Assembly (NCBI GenBank): GCA_035545015.1
Contig: DASZZD010000013.1
Span: 78,134 to 142,133 of the forward strand
Length of the DNA stretch: 64,000 nt
Direction: 5' to 3'
From: Phycisphaerae bacterium
Lineage (GTDB): Bacteria; Planctomycetota; Phycisphaerae; WQYP01
Shown: positions 40,923 to 49,500 of the stretch, one piece after another
Layout: every line of letters starts with the position of its first letter
Position numbering within the stretch: the first letter of the stretch is position 1
Position numbers and translations under genes: made by a program
Notes under the pieces: model-generated
Database searches by the model: none
Told to the model about the DNA's origin: nothing
What the model saw: the letters and a program-made list of their open reading frames with translations, nothing else

Positions 40923-41426
40923 ATGGCCCAACCCCGATTCCATTTCCCCCTCGAAGCCCTCCTCGAGCACCGCCGCGCCGCCGAGCGCGACCACATGCGC
41001 AAAGTCGCCCTCGCCCAGCAGGAAGTCCAATCCCTCCTCGCCACCATCCGCACCGCCCAGCAACGCATCGCCGACGAAAACCGCGCCCTCTCCACCACCC
41101 ATCTCACCGGCCGCCTCGATATGGCCGCGATCGCCTTCGGCAAACGCTACGTCGGCAACCTCCACTTCCAGATTGTTCTGACCGCCCAGAAGCTCGCCGC
41201 CGCCGAGCAAAAAGTCGCCGCCGCCCGCGCCCAGCTCCTCCAGGCCGCCCGCGCCCGCAAGGTCATCGAAAAACTGCGCGAAAAGCAGCACGCCCGCTGG
41301 CTCGCCGAACTCGAACGCAAGGACGCCGCCCTCATGGACGAAATCGGCACCCAGCTCGCCATCCGCGAAGCCGCCCGCACCGCAGCCGAATCCCCCACCC
41401 TTCCCCAACCCGCAGGTGACGCATGA
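40923..41426 (+). CDS. fliJ: flagellar export protein FliJ
   Basis: 167-aa coiled-coil protein following fliI, as in the conserved fliH-fliI-fliJ order. Confidence 0.65.
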   Translation: MAQPRFHFPLEALLEHRRAAERDHMRKVALAQQEVQSLLATIRTAQQRIADENRALSTTHLTGRLDMAAIAFGKRYVGNLHFQIVLTAQKLAAAEQKVAAARAQLLQAARARKVIEKLREKQHARWLAELERKDAALMDEIGTQLAIREAARTAAESPTLPQPAGDA

Positions 41427-42148
41427 AAAAAATCGCCTCCTTCCTCAGCCTCCTGGCCATCTTCAATCTTCTCGCCCTCGCCGCCGTCATCATTTATCTC
41501 TCCTCCACCAACCGCCTCGACGGCGCCAAGGCCCATGCCATCGCCGACCTCCTCCGCCACCAGGGCGAGCCTCCCGCCCTGCGCGAAAAGCTCGCCGATA
41601 TTCTCGATCCCAAGCCCGCCGCCACCGCCCCCGCCACGCAATCCGCCGCCACGCAATCCAGTGACGGCGACATCCCCCTCGCCGCCTCCGCCCAGGACCG
41701 CCTCGACTTCGCCCGCCAGGCCATGGAACAGGAACGCCTCCGCCTCGAAACCCAGGCGCAGGACCTGCAGCATCGGCAGGAATTGCTCGAACGCGAGCAG
41801 GCAGCCTTTGCGCAAAAGGTCGACGCCCTCGAAAAGGACAAAAAAGATTTCGACGCCCGCGTCGCCGCGGCCTCCACCAAAACCAAAGACGACAATTTCC
41901 AGAAATCCCTCGCCCTCTACGACCAGATGAAACCCGATCAAATCAAGGAAATCTTCGTGGGAATGCAGCCCGACGTCGTCGCCGACTTCCTCCTGGCCAT
42001 GGACCCTTCCCGCGCCGGAAAAATCATCGGCGAGTTCCAAACCGACCAGGAACAGAAGTACATCGCCTCCGTTCTCGAATTGATCCGCACGCGTGGCACG
42101 GACTCTGCTTCTGCGTCAGCGACCCCCGCAAAACCCAGCGGCTCCTGA
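41423..42148 (+). CDS. YlxF/MotE-like flagellar protein (MgtE_N-like domain)
   Basis: N-terminal TM segment and a coiled-coil, with a C-terminal DQMKPDQIKEIFVGMQPDVVADFLLAMDPSRAGKI MgtE_N-like segment. Occupies the ylxF slot between fliJ and fliK, as in Bacillus. Confidence 0.45.
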   Translation: MKKIASFLSLLAIFNLLALAAVIIYLSSTNRLDGAKAHAIADLLRHQGEPPALREKLADILDPKPAATAPATQSAATQSSDGDIPLAASAQDRLDFARQAMEQERLRLETQAQDLQHRQELLEREQAAFAQKVDALEKDKKDFDARVAAASTKTKDDNFQKSLALYDQMKPDQIKEIFVGMQPDVVADFLLAMDPSRAGKIIGEFQTDQEQKYIASVLELIRTRGTDSASASATPAKPSGS

Positions 42149-42160
42149 CGAGAATGCTTC

Positions 42161-43696
42161 ATGCCCGCAACCTCCATCGACACCTCCCTCGCCTCCTCCG
42201 CCACCCAGCTCCCCGCCAACTCCTCCCTTCCCGATCCCACGCCCGATCCCACCGCCCCTGCCTTCTCCGAAACCCTCCGCGCCGCGCGCGGGCCCAAGCC
42301 CGATTCAACCCGCACGCCCGCCTCCGCCTCCGACGCCCCCAAACCCGCTCCCGCCAAACCCAGGCACAAATCCAAAGCCGACGACGATCAGAAATCCTCC
42401 ACCGCCGACACCGATTCCACCGACACCCCCGACGCCGCGCACCCCACTGACCAGCCTGCCCCATCAACCACCGCCACGGATGATGACGACTCCACCGGCA
42501 GCGCCACGCCCGTCAAATCCCAGAAGCCCGAAAAACCCGACCCCTCCGCCGACACCCCCCCCGACCTCGCCGCCCTGCTGCTCGCCTCCGCGGCGCCGCA
42601 ACCTGTTGCGCAACTCCCCACCAAAAAACTCCCCGCCGCAACCGCCGAAAAAAAAGCTCCCTCGGTTCCCGCGAGCGCCACCGTCACCACCACCGCCACG
42701 CAGCTCCCCACGCCCTCCCATGCCGCCAAAATCATCCCCGCCAAGCCCTCCGCAAAATCACCGACCCCGGCCCAAACGTCCACGCCCGATGCCCCCCCCG
42801 CGCACGAGACCCCCGTCTCCTCCACCAAATCCGTCACCCCGCAACCGCCGGCCACTCCCGCGCCCGCCGTCGTCAAGGACCAAATCCCCCAGCCTCAGCC
42901 CGATCCTCTCACCGCGGAAAAACCCAAATCCAAATCCCCTCTCACCAAAGACGCCGCCACGAGCGCGACTGCCGCCGCGCCGTCAGCCGCTTCGGATGCC
43001 GCCGCTCCCCCCACAGCCTCCGTCGCCACCCTCGCCGCCGTCGCCGGCGCGCCAGCTTCCTCCCCAGCCCCCGACAACAAACCCGCCGATCCCGCCCCGC
43101 AGAAATCCTCCGCCGCCGACACCGCGCCTCTCCCGCTCCCCGCGCCAGCACAAAGCGCAACCTCCGCCGCCCACAGCGCAAGCTCCGCCGCGCAAGCGCA
43201 CGATTCGCCCCGCGCCGCCGACGACTCCACCTTCGATCAGATCGTCCTGGGCCTGCGCTCCAAGCTCGACCCCTCCAACGGAAAGGCCGAAATCAGCCTC
43301 CAACCGCCATCTCTGGGCAAACTCACCGTCTCCATCTCCCTCAACAACGGCGCGCTCACTGCCCACTTCAGGGCGGCTTCCGATTCGGTACGAGACTTGC
43401 TCAGCAGCAACATGGATAAGTTGAAAAATGTCCTTGAGTCCCAGGGTGTCGCCGTCGATCGCCTTGCCGTCAATGCCGCTCCCGACACCCCCAACTCCGG
43501 CGGATCCGCCACCGGCGGCAATAACTCCGCCAACTCCGGCTCCGCCAGTCACGACGGCCGCAGCGCGGGTGAGTACTCCCGCGAAGGCTCCGGCAGCTCA
43601 GGCCGCGACGCCCAACGAAGACCCGATCCCGGCTCCTTCGCACGCCTCTGGAACGGCGCGCGAACGACCCCCGATCCCCTCGACCTCGTCGCCTGA
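42161..43696 (+). CDS. fliK: flagellar hook-length control protein FliK
   Basis: Pro/Ala/Thr-rich N-terminal region. C-terminal Flg_hook domain ISLQPPSLGKLTVSISLNNGALTAHFRAASDSVRDLL. Confidence 0.7.
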   Translation: MPATSIDTSLASSATQLPANSSLPDPTPDPTAPAFSETLRAARGPKPDSTRTPASASDAPKPAPAKPRHKSKADDDQKSSTADTDSTDTPDAAHPTDQPAPSTTATDDDDSTGSATPVKSQKPEKPDPSADTPPDLAALLLASAAPQPVAQLPTKKLPAATAEKKAPSVPASATVTTTATQLPTPSHAAKIIPAKPSAKSPTPAQTSTPDAPPAHETPVSSTKSVTPQPPATPAPAVVKDQIPQPQPDPLTAEKPKSKSPLTKDAATSATAAAPSAASDAAAPPTASVATLAAVAGAPASSPAPDNKPADPAPQKSSAADTAPLPLPAPAQSATSAAHSASSAAQAHDSPRAADDSTFDQIVLGLRSKLDPSNGKAEISLQPPSLGKLTVSISLNNGALTAHFRAASDSVRDLLSSNMDKLKNVLESQGVAVDRLAVNAAPDTPNSGGSATGGNNSANSGSASHDGRSAGEYSREGSGSSGRDAQRRPDPGSFARLWNGARTTPDPLDLVA

Positions 43697-43722
43697 TTTC
43701 CCTCTCGCTGGAAAGGATTCCC

Positions 43723-44235
43723 ATGGCTGTTTCCGGTATCGCCACCACCCCCACCGCCGCCCCCGCCACCACGTCCAGCGCCACCGCCATGTCCTCCACC
43801 GATTTCATGAAGGTCATGCTTCAGCAGCTCGAACATCAGGACCCCCTCAACCCCACCGATTCCAACCAGCTTCTCACCCAGCTCTCCGAAATCAGCCAGC
43901 TCCAGTCCAACACCGACATGCAGAACAACATCGCCTCGCTCACCCTTCAGCAATCCATGGGCGCCGCCGGCAATCTCATCGGCAAGCAGGTCCAGGGCAT
44001 CACCCCCTCCGGCCAGGCCACCACCGGCACCGTCACCAAGGTCCAGATCACCAACCAGCAGGTCTCCCTCCAGCTCGACAACGGCGCTTCGCTCCCCATG
44101 CAGAACGTCACCATCATCGCCCAGCCCACGCCCACGGCGACCAGCGCCAACGGCGCCACCACTACCTCCTCGCAATCCGCGGCACAACAGCTTCTCCAGT
44201 TGCTTCAAGGCATGGCAGGCGGCTCAAGCAGTTGA
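43723..44235 (+). CDS. flgD: flagellar hook capping protein FlgD
   Basis: DFMKVMLQQLEHQDPLNPTDSNQLLTQLSEISQLQ is the FlgD N-domain. Confidence 0.8.
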   Translation: MAVSGIATTPTAAPATTSSATAMSSTDFMKVMLQQLEHQDPLNPTDSNQLLTQLSEISQLQSNTDMQNNIASLTLQQSMGAAGNLIGKQVQGITPSGQATTGTVTKVQITNQQVSLQLDNGASLPMQNVTIIAQPTPTATSANGATTTSSQSAAQQLLQLLQGMAGGSSS

Positions 44236-44404
44236 CCCGCTGATCCACGTATTTTCACGGGCCGCAGGATGCAGCCCGCCAATCTCGTGCGCGGCGTGAT
44301 CCATCGGGGCGGCGGAGCCCGCCCCATCACGTCGTGTTTAACATCTCCGTGGCACGGCGCGCCCCGGCGCGCCTTCCCGCCACTTCCTGATACTCGGAGG
44401 CCTC

Positions 44405-46144
44405 ATGGGCATCACTTCCTCCCTCGTCACGGGTCTCTCCGGTCTCTCCAGTTCCCAGTCTGAAATCGACGTCATCGGCAACAACATCGCCAACGTCAAC
44501 ACCGTCGGCTTCAAATCCTCGCGCCTCGATTTCAAAACCCAGTTCCTCGAAAACTTCTCCTACGGCACCGCACCCTCCGCCACCGCCGGCGGCACCAACC
44601 CCCTCCAGATCGGCCTGGGCACCCAGGCCGGCGCCATCACCAAGGACTTCGGCGACGGCTCCCTCCAGGTCACCGGCGTCCCCACCAACATGGCCATCCA
44701 GGGCAATGGCTTCTTCGTCCTCAAAGACGGCACCCAGCAGGTCTACACTCGCGACGGCTCCTTCCAGCTCAATGGCCTCAATCAGCTCGTCTCCGGCACC
44801 GGTCAGCTCGTCCAGGGCTACGGCGTCGACGCCAACTACAACATCACCTCCGGCGTCCTCACCAACCTCACCATCCCCGTCGGCTCCCTCACCGTCGCCC
44901 AGGCTACCTCTAAAACCACCTTCGCCGGCAATCTCAACTCCGGCGGCGATATCCCCACCTCCGTCACCGATTACACCCTCGGCCAGCCCCTTTATCTCAC
45001 CGATGGCGCAGGCGGCGTGAACCCCACCAACCCGCCCACCGGCGCCACCCTCCTTACCGATGTCACCGACGCCACCGGCGCCGCCCAATTCCAGGTCGGC
45101 GACGTCCTCACGGTCAAAGGTTCCAAGGGCTCCAAAGACTCCGTCAGCATCGCCCCCGAAACCCTCACCGTCACCGGCACCACCACCCTCGCCGATCTCC
45201 AGTCCTTCTTCACCGGCGCCCTGGGCATCAACACCAGCGCCGGCGCCAACGGCTCCATCGCCACCGTCCCCGGCGTCACCATCCCCGCCACCGGCAACAC
45301 CGCCACCTTCACCATCGATGGCAACCCCGGCCTCGAAAATGACATCGTCCTCGACAACAACTCCTTCACCGTCACCCGCGCAGGTACTGTCCTCACCCCC
45401 TACACCTTCACCAAAAATTCCTCCGCCGATGGCGAATCCACCACCACCTCCATGACCGCCTACGACTCCCTCGGCACCCCCATCACCATCAATGTCACCG
45501 CGGTCCTTGAATCCAAATCCAGCTCCGGTTCCACCTGGCGCTACTTCGCCACCTCTCCCGCCAACACCAACGTCACCCCCGCCACCTCCACCGCCGTCGG
45601 CACTGGCACGCTCTCCTTCGATACCTCCGGCCAGCAAGTCTCTTCCACCAATCCCACCATCACCATCAATCGCGCAGGCACCGGCGCACAGCCCAGCCTC
45701 TCCGTCAACGCCGATTTCTCCCAGATCACCGCCCTCTCCGGCACCACCAGCACCCTCGCTTCCACCTTCCAGGACGGCTCACCCCCGGGCACCCTCACCA
45801 CCTTCGCCATCGGCACCGACGGCATCATCACCGGCTCCTTCTCCAACGGCCTCTCCCGCACCGTCGGCCAGGTCGCGCTCGCCACCTTTCGCAACGACGA
45901 AGGCCTCATCGACGACGGCTCCAACACCTACATCGAAGGCCCCAACTCCGGAAACGCCATCATCTCCGCCCCCCAGCAGCTCTCCTCCGGCCGCGTCGTC
46001 GCAGGCTCCCTTGAACTTTCCAACGTCGACCTCTCCTCCGAATTCGTCCAGCTCATCGCCGCCTCCACCGCCTTCTCCGCCAGCTCCAAAGTCATCACCG
46101 AAAGCAACCAACTCCTCCAGGACCTCCTCTCCTCTGTCCGCTAA
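44405..46144 (+). CDS. flgE: flagellar hook protein FlgE
   Basis: N-terminal IGNNIANVNTVGFK and C-terminal LELSNVDLSSEFVQLIAASTAF rod/hook motifs. ggagg RBS. Confidence 0.9.
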   Translation: MGITSSLVTGLSGLSSSQSEIDVIGNNIANVNTVGFKSSRLDFKTQFLENFSYGTAPSATAGGTNPLQIGLGTQAGAITKDFGDGSLQVTGVPTNMAIQGNGFFVLKDGTQQVYTRDGSFQLNGLNQLVSGTGQLVQGYGVDANYNITSGVLTNLTIPVGSLTVAQATSKTTFAGNLNSGGDIPTSVTDYTLGQPLYLTDGAGGVNPTNPPTGATLLTDVTDATGAAQFQVGDVLTVKGSKGSKDSVSIAPETLTVTGTTTLADLQSFFTGALGINTSAGANGSIATVPGVTIPATGNTATFTIDGNPGLENDIVLDNNSFTVTRAGTVLTPYTFTKNSSADGESTTTSMTAYDSLGTPITINVTAVLESKSSSGSTWRYFATSPANTNVTPATSTAVGTGTLSFDTSGQQVSSTNPTITINRAGTGAQPSLSVNADFSQITALSGTTSTLASTFQDGSPPGTLTTFAIGTDGIITGSFSNGLSRTVGQVALATFRNDEGLIDDGSNTYIEGPNSGNAIISAPQQLSSGRVVAGSLELSNVDLSSEFVQLIAASTAFSASSKVITESNQLLQDLLSSVR

Positions 46145-46151
46145 AAATCCG

Positions 46152-46186
46152 GACTACTGACTCCTGACTTCTGACTACTGACTACT
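46152..46186 (+). repeat. Type-C tandem heptamer (GACTNCT x5) immediately 5' of the flbD start
   Basis: gactactgactcctgacttctgactactgactactcccccATG. Confidence 0.8.
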
Positions 46187-46191
46187 CCCCC

Positions 46192-46389
46192 ATGATTCCC
46201 GTCACCAAACTCTCCAACCAATCCATCGTCATCAACGCCGAGCTGATCAAGTTCGTCGAGTCGACGCCCGACACCCTGATCACCCTGACCACCGGCGATC
46301 GCGTCCTGGTCAAGGAATCCGCCGACGAAATCATCCGCCGCGTCATCGACTACGGCCGCTCCCTCCGCCGCCTCCTCCCACCATCCTGA
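46192..46389 (+). CDS. flbD: flagellar protein FlbD
   Basis: MIPVTKLSNQSIVINAELIKFVESTPDTLITLTTGDRVLVKESADEII closely parallels Bacillus FlbD (SwrD): LNSDLIEFIEETPDTVITL..VKES.EEVI. Confidence 0.75.
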   Translation: MIPVTKLSNQSIVINAELIKFVESTPDTLITLTTGDRVLVKESADEIIRRVIDYGRSLRRLLPPS

Positions 46390-46442
46390 GGCGCCCGCCC
46401 TTCCCAACACCCCCCCCTCAATAAACAATTCTACAAATCAGA

Positions 46443-46532
46443 ATTCGTGAAAATTCGTGGACAATTCCCTTCGTCGGCGGTGGGGGGGGAACTTTCGTGC
46501 CTTTCGTGTCCTTCGTGGCCATTTACGTCGTA
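46443..46532 (+). repeat. Type-A repeat element, full forward copy of about 90 bp (5-6 TTCGTG hexamers + GGCCATTTACGTCGT terminus)
   Basis: attcgtgaaaattcgtggacaattcccttcgtcggcggtggggggggaactttcgtgcctttcgtgtccttcgtggccatttacgtcgt. Inverted partner at 28413-28500. Confidence 0.8.
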
Positions 46533-46534
46533 CG

Positions 46535-49500
46535 TCACTGCAGCGTCTTCAACGCCTCCACCGCCATCGCCACCTCCGGCACCTTCCCCTCCGCGCTCGT
46601 CCCCGCTAGCGCCCCCACATCCTCCAGGTGCATCCGCGCCAACCCCGCCTGCCCCAGCTTCGCATACCCCACCCCCAGGTGATAATGCACCGCCGGATCC
46701 AGCCGCAACGCCGGCAACACCTTCGCCACCCGCTTCGTCCCATCCCCCGCCTCCCCCGACAGAATCTCGATCCATCCCAGCGTGTCCTGGAACACCGGCA
46801 CCTGCGGCGCTTTCGAAACCGCGAACTCGATGTCCTTCTTCGCCTCCGCCAGCGCCCCCTTGTCCTCCGGATGCGCCGCCGCCAGCATGTACGCCAGGTT
46901 GTTCGCCGCCGCCACATCATCCGGCGCCGCCGCCCGAATCTTCCGATCCAGCGCCACCGCGTCATCCAGCCGCCCCAGCTTCTCATCCAGGCTCGCCAGC
47001 GCCGTCAGCACGTCCGCTCGCCCCGTCGCTTCCAACGGCTTGAGCATCTCCAGCGCTTCCGCGTTCTTCCCCTCCTTGCTCCATGATGCCGCCAGCAGCA
47101 CCCGCACCCCCGGCACATCATCCCCCGCCTTGAACTTCGCCGCGATCTGGTCCCGCACCTGGTTCGCCTCCGACGTCCGCGCCAGCAACGTCAACGACTG
47201 CTCCTTCAATATCAGCGCATCCGTCAACGCCGGGCCGCCATCCTTCTCAAGCTGATTCGCCACATCCACCGCCGCCGTGCTCCACCCCGCCTCCAGCACC
47301 CGGTTCGCCAACGCCAGCTTCATCAGCCGCCCCGCCGCCTCCGGCCCGTTCCCCGCCTCCTCCAGTATCTTCTGAATGTCCTGCGGAAACACCCGCGGAT
47401 TCTTCGCTATCTCCGCCAGCGCACCCGACCGATCTCCCGGCGGCATCGCCGCCACCGTCGCAATCACGATCGACGGCACCCCTTCCGCCAGCACCCGCTT
47501 CTCGCCCTTGCCCGTCCCCACCTCCAACCCCACAAACGTCTTGTTGAACGTGGGCGCATCATCCTTCAGCCCCTGCGCCGCCTCCGCTTCCTTCTTTTTC
47601 CCATCCAGCAGGTTCAACAGCGCCAGATCGATCGCGCTCGCCGCCACCGAATCCTTGTCCATCGACTCGAGCAGTTTCACCGCCCCCGCGTAATCCTTCC
47701 CCTCGCGCGCCGCCATCGCCGCCAGCAGCGTCCATTGCTGCCACTGCTGCGAATTCGCCAGCGTCTGCGTCCGCTGCGCCAGCGCCAGTTCCATCGCCGC
47801 CGGCGCCTTGTCCGCCCGCAGCAACGTGTGGAACAGCGGCACCGACGCCTGCTGCGCCGCCGCCGCCGAACTCTTCGACAGCTCCTCCAGCGCCGCCGCC
47901 CCCTTGTCCGGATTGCCCGCCTCCGTGTCCAGCGCCGCCAGCGCGATTCGCGCCGCCGGATATTCCCCCGCATACGCCGGTATCTGCTCCAGCTCCTTGC
48001 GCGCTTCGTCCGGCCGCTTCAATTCCTCCCACCCGCGCCCCACCGCCAGCATCGATGCAAAATCCTTCGCCGACCCCGCATCGCCCGCCAGCTCCGCCGC
48101 CGCCTCTTTCAGCAGCCCCATCGAAATCAAATACCGCAGCCGCGCGCTCGTCGCCAGTTCCTTCCCCGTCGCCCCCATCGACTTGGTCTCATCCAACGTC
48201 GCCAGCGCCCCGGGCGCGTCCCCCATCGCCGCCTGCGTCTGCGCCAGCGAAATCCGGTAATGCGGATTCGATCCGTCGCGCGCCACCAGCGACTGCCGCA
48301 CCTTCAGTGCCTCCTCCGGCTTCGTGGTCTCCAGCAGCGTCGCATACGCATCCAGCAACTGCGGATCGGCCCCCGCCGCCGTCGCCCGCGGCTTCAAAAT
48401 CGCCTCCGCCTTGTCCGCCTGCCCCATCGTCACCTGCCGCTGCACCAGGGCCAGCACCAGCGGCGCCGGCGCATCGGCCGCCAGGTTCCCCGCCAGTTGG
48501 TCCAGCTCCTTCTCCGAGCCCTCCCGATCCCCCAGCGCCAGCAGCTTGTCCGACGCCATCAGCCGCAGCCCCGGCGCAAAATACGCATCCTTCTCCGCAT
48601 ACGTGTCCGCGTCCTTCTTCACCGCCGCCGCGTTCTTCTGGCTCGCATCCAGATCCAGAATCGCCGTGTAAAGCGCATCCCGCGCCGGACGCGATTCCGT
48701 CAACCGCGAGCTCGCATCCAGCCCATGCAGATAATCCTTCATCGCCAGGTCCGGCTTCCCCGCCGTCTCATACAGCTTCCCGATCGCCCACTCCGCCAGC
48801 GCCCCGTTGATTCCCTGCAACTGCTGGCCGAACCCGATCCCCCGCAGCGCCGCGTCCGCCGTCGGAAACAGCGACACAAACGTCGCATACGCCTGCAAAT
48901 CATTGGGCTTATTGCCCGCCCCCGCCAATGCCTCCTTCGCCGCCTCCTCTTCCTTGCCCATCGATCCCAGCGCCCGCGCCGCCGCCAGGTGCAGCCCCGC
49001 ATTGTTCGGATCCTTCGTCAACGCATTGCGCGCGATCGTCAACGCCGCGCCGGGATCCTTCCGATCCAGCGCCGCATTCGCCGCCCGCAGGGGATCGCTC
49101 GCCGTCCCCGCGTTCGCCGTCTCCGTCGCCGCGGGAGGCGCCTGTCCCTCCATCATCGCCTGCGCCTGCGCTTCCAGTTCCGTCGCCTCCGATGGCTTCC
49201 CCTTCGCCAGCACCGGCTTGAGCACCGCCTCCGCCCGCTCCGGCAGCCGTAGCGTCAGATATCCCCGCGCCACCCGGGTCGCTTCGTCCGGCGTCAGCGA
49301 TCCCTTCGCCGCTTCGTCCAACTGCCCTCGCGCATCCGCCGACAGCCCCGACCCCGCCAGCACGCTCGCATACTCCAGACGCAACGCCACATTCTTCGGA
49401 TCCGCCTCCACCGCCGACGCCAGCATCTTCCGCGCTTCCACCCGGTTCCCGCTCGATAACGCGATCTCCGCTTCCAGCCGCTGCGTCGTCGGATCATTCG

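Noticed and set aside
44350-44365. Sigma-54 promoter upstream of flgE (perfect TGGCACG)
   Set aside because: The -12 element is GCCC rather than TTGC at the required spacing. Treated as a chance GC-rich match, though weak activity is not excluded.
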